DNA of 64,000 nucleotides from Laetmonice hystrix. Its lineage: Eukaryota. The stretch covers positions 12,340,001 through 12,404,000 of the forward strand of contig OZ249436.1 in the NCBI GenBank assembly GCA_965235115.1, written 5' to 3'. The translations under genes and the position numbers were made by a program. Each line of letters begins with the position of its first letter. The stretch's first letter is position 1. Shown in pieces: positions 27,109 to 40,500 of the stretch. The notes below the pieces were generated by a model. The model saw only the letters and a list, made by a program, of their open reading frames with translations. It was not told the DNA's origin and made no database searches.

Positions 27109-27309
27109 TCGTTCTGTCTTTCTTTCTTTCTTTCTTTCGTTCTGTCTTTCTGTCTTTCTTTCTTTCTTTCCGAGACGGGGGGGGGGGTGCCCTCGAGTGC
27201 CAAAGGTGCGAGGCGAACAAGCGCGGGGGAGGGGATCCTCCCCCATAAAATGTTTAAATTTAGAAGGCACCCCCCCCCCCGCTATTTCCTGGCATCTGGA
27301 GACAGAATT

Positions 27310-27341
<32 letters not shown>

Positions 27342-27760
27342 TCGTTCTGTCTTTCTTTCTTTCTTTCTTTCCGAAACGGGGGGGGGGGGGGCGCCCTCGA
27401 GTGCCAAAGGTGCGAGGCGAACAAGCGCGGGGGAGGGGATCCTCCCCCATAAAATGTTTAAATTTAGAAGGCAACCCCCCCCCGCTATTTCCTGGCATCT
27501 GGAGACAGAAATTGCGAAGTTTCTTAAAGCATTTAGACATAACCTACCAATAACATGCGCAGGGGGATCTGGGGGTCCTTACCAGAAAACGTTTGAATGT
27601 AGGCCTAAAAGGCAAAGACGCGCTATTTCCGAACATCTTGAGATAGAAATTATGAAGTTTCTCAAAGCATTTAGGCCTAGCCTACCAATAACATGCCAAG
27701 GGGTCTGGGGGTCCAGTTTGGAGGTCCTCCCCCAGAAACATTTTGAATTTAGAAGGCCCT
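27014..27760. repeat. (CTTT)n microsatellite interleaved with a duplicated transposon-internal module
   Basis: CTTT tracts at 27014-27170 and about 27308-27370, each followed by GCCCTCGAGTGCCAAAGGTGCGAGGCGAAC..CCCGCTATTTCCTGGCATCTGGAGACAGAA. The same module occurs at about 41783-41980. Confidence 0.9.
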
Positions 27761-28706
27761 TGGGTCCGAGCCTGGGTGGAATTCCTGGCCTTCACACTGA
27801 AATCTCTGACCTTCACAGGCAAGGAATCGCCTTCTCAGTCAATTCCTTGCCTTGAATTTCTTGTTTCCACAGACAAATCTTGTGAGGCGAAAGAACTGTC
27901 TGTCCAGGCAAGGAACTGTCTGAGAAAGCAAGGATTTCAGTGTGAAGGCCATGAATTCCACTGTGAAGCGATGTACTGTAATTGTCTGTCAAGACAAGAA
28001 AATTCAAATTTCAAAATGTCTGTGAAGTACAGCAGATTGTAATTCTGGCCCACCGTATGGCCTCCATATCGCCTCTTGATCTCTATGTAATTTCTTTTAT
28101 AAAGGGCTATCGAATCGATATTTGTGTACCTTTACCTTTTACCAATCGCAGGTGATTGTATTTGTGCGATCTAAACACCGCCTGCATGGTACATGTATAC
28201 GGCCTACCCTTAAATTTGGCCAAACGCCCACATGGACCTTCTGTTACCCATGTAGACAGGCCAGCGGCTTGGCAGGGCGCCTCACCCCTCAACAGTTGTC
28301 CTTGACGTCATAACGTCACTTGGGAGCCTTCTTCTGGTAGACCGATAGCATGAGCACATGGATTCTTGGAGCACCGCCAAATTAAACTTCACGAGAAACA
28401 TATGAAATATTAATATTTAATTAAACCGCGTGATTCGTTTTGTGATCTGATTAAAAGGCTACACGGAATATGCTGCCATCATCGCTGTCGAGCCGTGTAG
28501 GCGTTCGTTCTTCGAGTAGGCCTATCGTTAACTGTGAAGTCAATAAGATCATAAATCATCGGCTACAAATAAAAATGGTCACATCAGTGTATTTTAAAAC
28601 GTGCTTTAGGGCTTTCTGTTGTCTTCGTCATCATTATGGGTTGTGCTTGTAGTCATTTGCTGAGATTTGCTTATTTCAAGGATGAGCAAATCTTAAGAAC
28701 TTGTAT

Positions 28707-30152
28707 TCTGCTGGTGTGCGCTTGTTGCATGCGATATTATAGTACATTCCTAATCCGAAGTGAAACCGGTGCAAATTTAATCGATCATCATATCGCATAA
28801 CCAGAAACAAATACATGTACTTTAATCTTTAAGTAAAACGCAATGCATTATGCATGGAGAAAATTTAGAGTCAAGGGACAAATGCATGGTCAGTATTCAT
28901 TGTTTTATCAACAACACAGTGTAGCCTACGTCGTATGTTTCAGGAATTAAAGATAAATCGATAACTTTCACGTTACACTTGCAGGTAATAGCCTAAACCA
29001 TTTGTGGTCTTACATGCCCCGATAATACTTTGGCATTAATCTATAGGCCCTACGGCTCTATACAACGTCAGAAGTTCTCAACTTGAAAGCTGGCGCATGG
29101 TGGCTAAGCGCAGATCAAGAGGGTTATCGGAGGGCATGACTTAATCGACCACCTGGTCTGGATCCGCCTCAGGTCACCTTTTACATGGACGCAAACCACA
29201 AAAATACCACACAGTGAGTGAATGGAACGTAAGCCGACTTGCTAACAAAATGGGACAATGATACCAATTTCAAAAAGGGTGGTCTACTTCTAAAAAATGC
29301 CTGTTTTGCTGTTATCAGAAATCATGAATGGATCTCTCTTTTCGTGCATGTAGCTTTAATGAATATTGTGTAAAATAAATATAGGCCTCACGCCTACATA
29401 ATATAGCCTATAGCCCGCCCTAGGGCTTAAAGTCCAACAGACATCAAAATTTACATGAAATTTAGTGCCAGATCCTGATGATACATGTAATTTGTTGTTG
29501 TTTAACTTAAAGGAGCGGTTATTGTACAAGAATATGAACTGTGTGTAAGCCGTTTTAAAGACCAATTTCCCTAGTGACGTCATCAGGGGCAATGGTAAAG
29601 AATAGGCAGGAGTGAGACTGTGATGAGGCGCGAGATTCGAATTTTCAATATTTTTCTAAATTGAGAGGACTTCTCAGAAAACCTATCACGGATACGGCTA
29701 CAGCTCAAAGTGATCTATCTAGATCAGTAAAGTTACCTATGTGATGTCAGTTGCACTCTAAAGTCGCCAAATCGTCTGCAAGCGTTGGACATCTTTCAAG
29801 GCCAAGCGGTTTTTGTATTCCTTTCACTCCCAGAGAGTAACAATGCTTTCTCCCAATAGTGTATGTTAACAGAATCAATATGCCATATTAAAGCAGGCTT
29901 ACGTCAATGGAGAGGAGGTAGGCATAAATCTAAACATCCTGGATTATTCCGCCTCTAGATCTGTCATTTTAACTGGCGTCCCGTCCATACAAGGACAAGG
30001 CTGATGCTGTCATAATACATTACGTTTTACTTAAAGATTAAAGTGTTTGTTTCTGGTCATGCGATACGATGATGGATTAAATTTGCACCAGTCTCACTTT
30101 GGATCAGGGGTGTACTATATAATATCGCCTTAGGCGTACTTGCTACACCAGA
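28707..30152. mobile_element. Old element with about 145-bp diverged inverted arms
   Basis: 28707-28852 (GGTGCAAATTTAATC..CCAGAAACAAA..CTTTAATCTTTAAGTAAAACG) is the reverse complement of 30011-30152. Confidence 0.65.
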
Positions 30153-30900
30153 AAGATGAGGTAGGTTAACGGCTTAACAGCAGATACAGCCAAAACAGGT
30201 TCCCTTTTTAGAGGACATTCTTGCCGCCCCAAACCATGGGAACCAATTTCGTTTTTCACTGAAAAAAAAACAGACGGAAAATTCTTCTCGGCTATAAGAA
30301 GAATTTAGAGTCCAAAACATCACGCCTTCGGATTCTTGGAGCTCGATAAGTTTTACAGCTAATGAAGTTACGTCAGGGCATCTAAACAAATTCCAAATCC
30401 AATGTTGGATTTCAGGTCCAGCACACGATCAAGGTTGCGCATGCAGTGAGGGTGCCGATAGAAGCAAGGGGACGAAAATGGTCGCCAAAATTCTGCGTCT
30501 ATGGACTTTACCCCCGTCATTACTTAAAAAAAAACCATTTGTTCAATTTGTAAATTTACGGTGGCACTAGCAACATGTTTCTGTAGGACCCTCGCAGGAT
30601 CTCCAAGTCTAAAGTTGACAGATCTACATGCACAATGTACTCTCAACTGGCGATACAGTATGGCGCGTCTGCTCAGGACGTAGAGGTACTATACGTTACG
30701 CCCTCTGGTGTCAAAACAACTAACTGTTTACACTGGGTTGCCCTGCTGGTCAAGCATATTTCTTAAATGTTGCACAAGGGAATATACACAATAAAACACT
30801 GCTAATTATGTACATTAATTTTATTGTGTTTTACAAGTATCTGAGTCACATCATGTAACCGGTTATAGAAACTGTATATTTAGATTTTGAATTCATACAA

Positions 30901-33900
30901 TTACCTGTGACCCTTTCCCCTACCCCTAGAACTTTTGCTACCTTTACCAAATGATTTCCCCCCCTTACCAAACCGCTTTGCTCCCTTTTGGAATTTTCCG
31001 TCTGTTTTACCAAACTTTCCGATGCTGTTCTTTTCTCGTTTATGATGTCCCCCAGGTTTATTGTCCCTTCTTCCTTTGTTTAACGGCGTGATGTTTTGGG
31101 CTTTATTTCTTCTTATATCCGACTTGCTCTTCACTTGTTCTCTGCCTTTGGATAGTTTCCTCTTCTTGTAGGCGACTGGCATATGATTTGATTGCTTCCG
31201 CTTCGTCCCCATACTAGTCGGGATGTGCAAGTCTGTAATTGAAAGTTTACTAAGCAATAAGATTTTCAACAGACGTATTTACAAAAGCAGACCGTTTCTA
31301 GACTGGTATAAAAACATTTAAGCAAAAAACTGAGTATCTCTCATTTCAATGACTTCAAAATACAGACATGGGCTCTCAGGTTAGATTAGACCTGGCATTG
31401 ACCTGAACAGCCAATGAAATTCATTAGTTCATTATCTGATGAATTTCATTGGCTCTCTAAGTCAACGCCAGGTCAATAACCAGCCTTGAGACGTTCGCTT
31501 CATGGCGACAGCAGGCAACTGGAATCTTGAAATTCATTAGATTTCTCCATTTCAGTGGGTATGCATAAATATTGATTTATGTAGTTTCAGGCCTTATCTT
31601 ATTCTAACCTAACAGTCTGCATTTTGGAGTCGTTGAAAGGAGAGATACAAGGTACAATGTACATGCTGTTCATCAGTATTTAAAATATATTTATTTGATA
31701 AAATGTTGTAAAACCTCCCACAAACCTTCATCTGGCTCCTCCCCAACCTCCTCCTTGTAGTATGCTGCATCGTCATCCTCACTAGCTCTGCCATCTGGAA
31801 AAGAGATAGGGCAATAATCAAACTACTTTAAAGGGCAATTTCTTAAAAAAAATGTACTCGTACTCTATATTCCTGCAACACACAAAGGGTTCTTTCTAAG
31901 TATTTTTAATGGGAGCTGGTAGTTTTCTCATGAAAGCAACAAATATGGCCTTTTAACATTAAAAGAGTAATAGGACAAGAATGTCACTAGCTTGTGAAAC
32001 TATAGTTGTTAATGCTGTTGTTGAGCTGTGAAAATATACAGACACTGAATACTGGGCCATTCAAAACAATTTTTCTAAAATTACTATCATCCTGAGTACA
32101 CACCATAATTGTCTGCACTCTCTGACTCTTCATCACCGTCTTTTGCTTCAGCCTTTCTCATGCCAGCAAGAGATTTCTGTTTTAGGCGCTCCCGCTCTGC
32201 TGCTTTTCGCTTTACATTTTCTGTTTGAATCTTCTTGCGTTCTTCTCGCACTTTCCTAAAGATAAATTGGGAAACATAACACCGATATTCCACAAAAAAA
32301 CAGACCAAGTTGTCAGACTTACAAACAAAGTTAAGCTGTACCAACAGCTGTATTCACATCTAATGTTGAACGAGGCTAGTGTCAGTCTAACGATGCATGG
32401 CATCCTTGTGCAAGGGCATTTACATCTAAGATTTATTATATTTCTGAGCCACTGAATCAGAACATACCGTTTCATCTCCCTCTGCAGTTCCAATTCCTGT
32501 ACTTCTTCCTTGGACTTCTTAATGAACTCATGATACAGAACCTGCCCCGCCAGGACACCTTCCTCAATTTTCACAAGTTTCAGTTTCATCCTTGGACCTA
32601 TTTCTGTCAACCTGAAGGCAACGAAAAGTAAAGAGAAATAAAAAGATGACACTTCTTTCAAGTTCGTTCTCATAGGGTGTGACAATCCTGACTAGGGCGA
32701 GATATCTTTTGAATGCAGAAATTTGGGTTCATTAGGCTCAGCGGCCAGGAGGGGCGCCCTAGATCACAGAGGAGGCGGGACCACCTCTTATTGATTTTCT
32801 ATCCAAGTTCACAAATAACTCTGTGCTTAGCTTACATAATTTTGGAGATATAAGCCTTGGTAACAAAAGGTCATAGAAAATGGCACCAAACAAAAGTTCA
32901 TACATGACTTCTTATAGATCTGTCAATAACATGTCGTTATGATCAATTGTTTCAGAGATGGTGAATGAGTGATTGAGTAGTTGGGATTTCGAGAAATCAC
33001 TGTCTATGGAGGGAAAAAGATGAAAATAAGGCCAGTCGGAAATCAAATAAAAAGCTCCAACATGAAGAAAATCCTCAAATATTTTTTTACTCCAGGAAGG
33101 TTTGGGACTCACCCATTTCACCCAAATTGATTCACTCACATCAAAAACTTCACAAACTGGGTTTTATAATCAGAGATGAAATTCTATCATAAGCTTCCAA
33201 AAACTGTCCCAGCAGGAGAGAGCAGCTAGTCCTAAAGCCATACATATTGAGATTCTCTGATGAAGTAATTTTTATATAATGTTTATGTATAGATATTTCG
33301 GGACGTATTGGTCAACTTCAGTCCCATATAACTGTATGTAAATCATCACACATTTACCTGATAGCACTCTTGCTTGCCTTGATGTTCCCTCTAGAACCAA
33401 GGTCCTGTGGCAGGACAACTTCGTTATGTGGGCCATCAAGTTCTGCCTCACTTTCAGAAAGGTCACCACCCCTAAAACAGAGCATGACTTCTATAAAATA
33501 ACAGCTTAAATGGACAAAATATATCCTTGCATTTTGAACCACATACTACTCAGTTTTTTTAAACTATAATGTCAAAGTTTGACAAAACAATCATTTTCTA
33601 ACAAAACGGTTTACATAACTTTAATCTTTGTAACGGTTATGTATGTTTTAGGAAAATATCATAAAGACAAGATGTACTTCATCAAAAAGTCGCTGATATC
33701 TGTAAAACGCTCCATGTTTGGGACCTTTGCCTTGATCAGCTTCTTCACCCCTCGACTCATGCCTGCAGGGACTGCCTTGATATTGCTGCCAAAGTAACAC
33801 AAATTAACTTGATACCACTCCTGCTAGGTTGCAACCCACTGCACCAATCCAAAAAAGGTTAGACATTCCATATAAATGAATAGCAAATAGCCAGGTGCTT

Positions 33901-36900
33901 GTCTACCTGGTAGAACAAGAGTCTTGTAAACAACTAACTTTATATCTGTAGTTCTTTTCACAGGTGGGCATTTTGAAGAATGTAAAATGTGTAAAATCAC
34001 AACTGCCCAAAATCACTACTCTCTCTCATTGGCTTGACCCATTACCTCTGCTGTTCTGATCTTTTATGAACTAGCTTTGCTAAACACACTTATAGCTTCA
34101 ATGAACATAATGTTAGCTCTTTTCGAACATAATGTTAGCTCTTTTATTCATAACATAGCTGTTTTGTGTCAAGCACAGTTGAATGCAACTATGGGGGACA
34201 ACTACAAGTACACGAGACAGAAAATATCTACTCACTAATGCCTGAAGTCCAGGGTTTGATCATCACTGTTATAATTCAGAAGAACACATCTCCGTATGGT
34301 GTTCAATTTAATCTGGAAAAGAAGAATTTCTATCCCAAATGCAGGCATCCTCTTACATGTCATGATAGCACTAGTGAAAGTGCAGACCTGCCAACATTAC
34401 CAATTTTGCTTGTGTAGCAACATTCAGCCCTGCAAGAGGGTAGGTGCGGGAGTGGGATATTCCCCTCCTGCTGGGTGGGAAGGGGGTATGGGGGCCCGCC
34501 ACCCACGAAAAAATTGAAATTAAGGGTTGTCGGGGCGCCAAATGCCTACCTGCTATGCAAAATGCGAGGGGGATATTCCCCTCCTGCTGGGTGGGGAGGG
34601 GGTATGGGAGGCCTGCCACCCATGAAAAAATTAAAATTAAGGGTTGCATTCTGAGCACATTTTGAGCAGAAGGTGATGCCTAAACGACCTTATGTGGGTC
34701 AATAGTATCGATTGCAATCATTAATGGCGAATAAATGATATATAATCAGTCGGGAAATGGTGATTTTTACGGTAAATAGCCATTTTGCATAGTATGTGAA
34801 GGACAGAGGGCACAGGCGGGTAGCATCATAGTCGGGGTGTCAAATGCGTACCTGCTAATCGGCTGCTATGCAAAATGCACAGTAGTTGGCAGATCTGCAT
34901 AATGGTTTTCAAAATTTAACATATATATCATATGTTTAAAAAAATATGCTCCATCAGTAGGTATAGATTCTACAAGCAAACAATTAACATTTTCATAGTT
35001 AATTGACTAGAGTATGCGACTCAAAAGTTGGGGCAGTATGTTCCATAACTTAGAAGCTGTAAAATGAATAAAATCTTACCTTGTTGACATTAATAGAAGG
35101 GAACATGTTTTGGAACATAGTGGCCATGAGTTTCATCTGCTGTCCCTCTCCAGAGAAGTTATTCATAACAAGAAGTGGATGATTGAAGAATTGCTTAGCT
35201 TCCATGTTTGGTCTCCTGAGTGATGACACCACATCACGCACCAATGAATACTCTTCAATACGAAAGGTGAGGGTTGGTCCCTTTGGCAATCGGACCAGGC
35301 GCAGATTTGGAGAATTCTCAGACTTTGTGAATATCATCATATGAGAGACATTCAGCACACCTGCGATGGTTACGTAATCTTTCAGCACATTCTTTTTCCT
35401 CTCCTGTAACATAATATATATCTTAGGCAATATATCTTAGGAGTGACGACTGTAAGTTCATCTAAGATGATAATAAAAACACCACTGCAATATTAGATGT
35501 TCATTGAAACTACAATAAGAATTTGGCCTTTCCATGGACTACCTTTTGACCAATGGATCATGCTCTGACAATAAATAAACCACAATTCAGTCTATTTATC
35601 AAATCACCAGAGTTCCTACCATTGCTGATAAAATTACAGCATACCTTGAGTTTGGAGGCGGTGTAGGGTTCCATTACTCGCCGTATGTCCTTCACCAGCT
35701 GACCTACATTCTTCCCAACCTTTCCTCGATTTATAACAAAAGTGTGTGGGTGCTTTTTATACTCCTCCTCCTCTGCCTGGCCAGCTCCAGCCCTGGCTGC
35801 TTTAGCTGTCTTTCCCTTGAAATAACAAGATGTGGTCCAATGTTATTTAGTCACCAGGGCTCGAAAAATCGCGTGCCCACATGCCCATGGGCACCTAAAT
35901 TTTTATCAGGGCACCTAAAAAAGGATTTTGTCACAAAAGAAAGTGCCCGGTTGGGCACATTCAAATGACTCAGGCCAGTGCACAACATCATTACAATCAT
36001 GCATGTACTCATGTCGACAGTATGACAATATGAAGTTATAAATGGGCGACTTGGTCCTATGATATCTAATATGCAGTGTTCTTTACCCTTATTTTCTACG
36101 TTTCAATAAAATATTAACCTTAGAAATTGATACTTTAACAAAATGCCATTGAATACAAATATGGCTGGGCACCAACTCCAAATTGCCGGGCACCAAGAAT
36201 TCTAATATGTGGGAAAACTAGGTGCCCAACAGGGCACCAAGCCTTCAGAAAAATTTTTGACCCCTGGTCACCATACTTGAAATATTTCAGGGATAAAACT
36301 TTACAGACAGGATGACAAGACGTTACTCATCAGGATAGACAGACGTCCTTCCAAAGAGCTCTTTGCCAAAGACGTCTTTCATACCTCAGTACCTGGAAGA
36401 CTTACGTTAGGGGAAGACCATTTCATCGGTTTTTCTCGAACCGATGACTGTGCATTTATTAAATTCTTTTTAGATTAGACATTCATAACTTTATCCAAAA
36501 ATGTTATCTTCTTATCTTTGTTAATTAGCAAAATATCTAATGAAATTAAATTAATGTATGTGGCGAATATGAATATAGGAGAAAAAAACGACGATTTGAT
36601 ACCGGGGGTATGGGTTTTTTTTGGAAAAAAATAATCTTTCACCATATGTAAAAAAAATATAGGCCCTACTAGTAGTACTAGCTTCAATTTACACTTGACT
36701 ATGTCTATGAGTATGACTACGGTAGTCGAAATGGGGGACAAATAGTTTAATTAGGACAATGGTCATAGCGAAAAAAAAGGATTGGCCTAGCTTCGGCCTG
36801 GGGGCAAAAAAGAAAGTCTGCTCCTGAAGAAAAACCATAGCCTCCCCCCCCCCCCCACGCCCCCAAGTATCAAATGGTCCGCCCCTGCCTTAGCCCCTAC

Positions 36901-36966
36901 ATCGAGCGATAATATAGCCATTTGAACAAGTTTTTAATAACATACCTTCTTCTTGCGCGGTCCCAT
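30901..36966 (-). CDS. PPAN: Peter pan / Ssf1 Brix-domain ribosome biogenesis protein, 503 aa
   Basis: Exons (minus) 36966-36946, 35815-35645, 35403-35080, 34312-34236, 33785-33678, 33471-33358, 32611-32468, 32255-32104, 31794-31726, 31232-30901; total 1512 nt in frame. Motifs: PHTFVINRG, DIRRVMEPYTASKLK, RLPKGPTLTF, MFQNMFPSINV, DFRHY, IRLTEIGPRMKLKLVKIEEG. AATAAA on the minus strand at 30825-30820. Confidence 0.96.
31372..31492. mobile_element. Short palindromic MITE in PPAN intron
   Basis: GACCTGGCATTGAC..AGCCAATGAAATTCAT is mirrored by ATGAATTTCATTGGCT..GTCAACGCCAGGTC. Confidence 0.6.
34383..34897. mobile_element. hAT-like MITE with internal direct repeat
   Basis: TIR CAGACCTGCCAAC / GTTGGCAGATCTG; internal duplication of GGGATATTCCCCTCCTGCTGGGTGGG..AAATTAAGGGTTG. 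Confidence 0.65.
35855..36266. mobile_element. MITE with 5-bp TSD (hAT5-like)
   Basis: TIR CAGGGCTCGAAAAAT / ATTTTTGACCCCTG; TSD GTCAC (35850-35854, 36267-36271); repeated GGGCAC subterminal motifs. Confidence 0.8.
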
Positions 36967-37556
36967 TTCTTTGTCTCTTTATGAAATCTTCAGCTTATTT
37001 ACAGACTTAATTATAGACTGTTAATGAACAGAGAAAAAGTAAAAATAATTCGTCACAAAACAGGTAAGCTCATCCAGCTTGGAGAGTTTACTGTTCGACT
37101 CGACTCCACTGACCAACGCACGTGTACGAACGAGGGAAGGCAGATCCTGCAGGCGCGAAGCACTAATAAAATTATTTTAAAATGGCATACGGTACATGTC
37201 CCATATTGACTCAGTCCCTCGGTCATTTCTACTCGAATGACGTCATATGCCCGAGGGAATCCTGAATGATTCCGGTACGGTACTCTATTTGTGTTGAAAA
37301 TTTGAGGCGTTTTATTTTATTTTTTCTATTTTCTAAAATTTTCCTGGTAGGAGTCTGACACATGGTTTTCGGTCATTGATATAGATACCTTTGTACCTGC
37401 AGATACACTTCCGGTATTTATAGGCGTGCTCGGTAAAAGATAAAACCTAGGGCGAGAAAGGCAAATTAAGCAGAGTAGATCTAGAAGGAAGGTAAAAGGT
37501 ATTCGGTACCGTTTCGGTGAAAGGCGAAGGTGACAAGAGATACCCCCATATCAAGT
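36967..37556. promoter_or_regulatory. Bidirectional promoter of PPAN and PFDN1
   Basis: 590 bp between divergent ATGs. CACGTG 37119-37124, TGACTCA 37207-37213, ATGACGTCAT 37237-37246, ACTTCCGGT 37407-37415. Confidence 0.7.
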
Positions 37557-40500
37557 ATGGCATCTGTGGATATGGAACTGAAGCGAGTAAGTACGGTTAT
37601 CATTGCAATCCGACCTATTTTGTCCGTTGACAGTGACACTGTGACTGTGACTGTGAGTGTGACTGTCTATCATGTTGTAACTTGTCTTGTAAGTTGTACT
37701 GTGTAATGTTGACGTTAGTTGTAGTGTAGTTGTTGGTATGCATAATGAAAACCGTTGTATGCAGTACTGGTAGTGGTACCCAGAATCAGATTTCAGTTGA
37801 GTTACATGATAGGTCTATACGATGGTCCCAGGACGTTTCGAGCGCGGACCAGTTTGAGCGCCGCTCTATTCAGGGCTTGCCAAATCGTCAGCCCGGACGC
37901 CCGGGACAACCACTTTCAAGTGTCGGGCTACCAGCACTTGTCTAGGTAAAGCCCGGCGGGCAACTGGACTGTAAGAAGCAGTCACTGACACTGCCAGTCC
38001 CCCCCACCCCACCCACCCACCATGTCCACGACAGTCGGCCCAGCCCGATGACAAGTGTCGAATGTCAGACTCCATGTTCCATGCGCGCCATGTCCCAGCG
38101 CGCCATGTCCCATTTACTCGGACGCTATGTCCCACACCAGAGACGCCATGTCCCACCCCAGAGACACCATGTCCCACTCCGGAGACACCATGGTCCATGT
38201 CCCAACATGTTCTAGATAAACACCACGCATGTATGTATCTCATTTCATGTGACGTTAATAAAAATGTTAACAGGTAGTAAGTCACCTAAGCCTAAATAGG
38301 GGCCTATATCTGTTGTACAGTCATCCGCCATGCTACATCAGCCCGGCGAGACTCGGAGAGCGGAGCCGGGGCGGGTGGCGGGGACGTCCCCGCGGGAGTC
38401 GGGTCCCGGCTGGAAAAGCTGCGCCACTCGACCATTAATTCTTGCATGCTAGCTGGTAGGCTAGGCCTACATAGTCATGATTGTGTCTGGCCTACATGGT
38501 CTCTGTGGCGTGGTACATGGTCTATGTGGCGTGGTACATGGTGTCTGAGGCGTGGTACATGGTGTCTGAGACCTGGTACATGGAGTCTGACCTGTGGTAC
38601 ATGGTGTCCGAGCAAAATGGTACATGGCGTCTGGGACATGGCGCACATGGTACATGGCGTCTCACACCCCAAGTGTCCAGCTACCAGTCACCGCTACCGC
38701 CCGCCCACCTCTTCAGCCCTGCTGCTGACTTGTGATGTTCCTCTGCCTGGTCAGACTCCTTCCCAAGGCTAATCCCCTCACCCCAGCCCACCCAATTTAA
38801 GAACCATTAATGTGACCTTGTAATGGCGATGTCAGAACCTCTCAGTGAAGTTCGTTTTGGTTCATTGTTAATCAAGAAAGAAAATTTTTAAAAGATTAGT
38901 TTTGATGAATGCCTATCCTTAAAAATCTCCTTCACCCCCTTACAAAAATCCTGGAATCATGCCTGCCAGGGTTGTCAATATGGTCAATGGTGCCACTACA
39001 GGTTCCTGCTGACAGATTCTGGGGTCAATCAGCCCGGATGGCTGACAGCTGAAAAAGTTAAGGGCGAACACTGACTTGACTGTTTGAAACTTTAATAACT
39101 TTACTGTTTGAGAGATTCGCCTTTCTGTTTGACTGGAGAAGAAATTAATTCCACATACAAACAAAAATGCCTGTCTATTTTCCTTTTAAAATGTACCCCC
39201 CAAATGTCACCAAATGCCACCCTTTCATGCCCTACAGTGCTGGACAACCACCAGTCATTGTTGGGCAACCAAGTTGTTATCACTGGTAGCCCACCGGGCA
39301 ACCACCGTTCAATCATATTTGGCAAGCCCTGCTATTGCCAGTTCGAGCGCGATTCAGTTCTAGCGGCAACGAGTTGAGCGGGGCTCCGCCGGTGGAGCCG
39401 CCCGCGTGCTATGCCCGCTCGTCCGCGGCCGATTTCGATCGGGGGTAGGCTAGATTTCGATTGAGACAGTTGAGCGCGGCCCCGTTCGAGCGTGCGTAGG
39501 GAGGGCCCTGTCACAGTGTCAGTGTCGCAATATGAATAACAGCCTAGTACCATCATACGAAAGATAGGGATACAATTCTTGCCGACTTCCGAGAACGGAA
39601 GTTGTGAAATACAGGCCCAGTTGGGAAATAGTCACGCTCGAAGCGGTTGGCGCTCGAACTGGTTGGCGCTCGAAACGTCCAGACACCTATACGATGATCA
39701 TATGTGCTGATCGAGGCTATCACTAGTGTCAGTGTCAATTATTCTTGTTCGAAAGAAAACTCCACTGCCCATCAGCTGGCGGACGGCTGGGGGTGTGAGG
39801 CCAAACAGCGACTCATGCATGCTCAGTAAAGCTCACACACACTGCGACTGCTTGCAACTCCTTGCGACGCGACCGTCTTGACCCAGTTTTTGACCCCAGC
39901 TCATCTACACAGGACAGAATGGAGTCTTGTGATGGTCGCAGAGGTTCTGGCACTGTCAGAACATCTGCGACGGTCGCAGGCTGTTTCAGGCCACTCATTG
40001 CCATAGCGATGGACCGTCATGAGACCGTCGTGTGCTGCAGAAGTTGCATCAGCGTTTCCCAGCTCTTTCTTTCTTTTGTGAATTTATTTGTTGGAATAAT
40101 TAGGACACTGTAGAAGGTACAGCTACCAAATTTGAAATCATGAAAGTTATGTTACTTTTATTAAACGAATATGTACATCCAGATACCATTCAGACTCCAT
40201 TTGAACCAGTGTCTGCCAAATCGAGGGACCGAGCGCCCGGGACAACCAGAATTTCTCTCCGGGCAACTGGATTGAATAGATTGGTCGCCCATCGGGCGAC
40301 AACATCAGTACATGTCACATGACATCTTGTGTGCCTGGCCCTGGGGTTGGGCTGAAGCATATGTGTTGCCGGCAGCCAGCATCTGAGCATGAGAGTGACT
40401 GAGTGATGTTGGTGCTGACAGTTCAGAGTCGGTGGACCAAATAACGTTTGCAGTTGATGGGCCAAAGTTTGAGGATTTTGACTGGGCCACCACATTTCTG

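Larger units (their letters stand above)
37824..39687. mobile_element. GG..CC-terminated non-autonomous DNA transposon (outer element of nested stack)
   Basis: TIR GGTCCCAGGACGTTTCGAGCGC / GCGCTCGAAACGTCCAGACACC; flanking direct repeat TATACGAT (37816-37823, 39688-39695), extendable to the 10-bp CTATACGATG. Confidence 0.85.

Noticed and set aside
26862..27855. KKER-rich and FFLS-rich ORFs
   Set aside because: They are translations of the (CTTT)n microsatellite and the transposon module.
31587..31676. Candidate C/D snoRNA in a PPAN intron (TGATGA..CTGA on the minus strand)
   Set aside because: Vertebrate PPAN hosts SNORD105, but no recognisable rRNA guide or terminal stem is visible here. 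A snoscan or Infernal search would be needed.
38062..38772. CPTPETP / RGTW repeat ORFs
   Set aside because: They derive from the 21-bp repeat arms of the foldback element.
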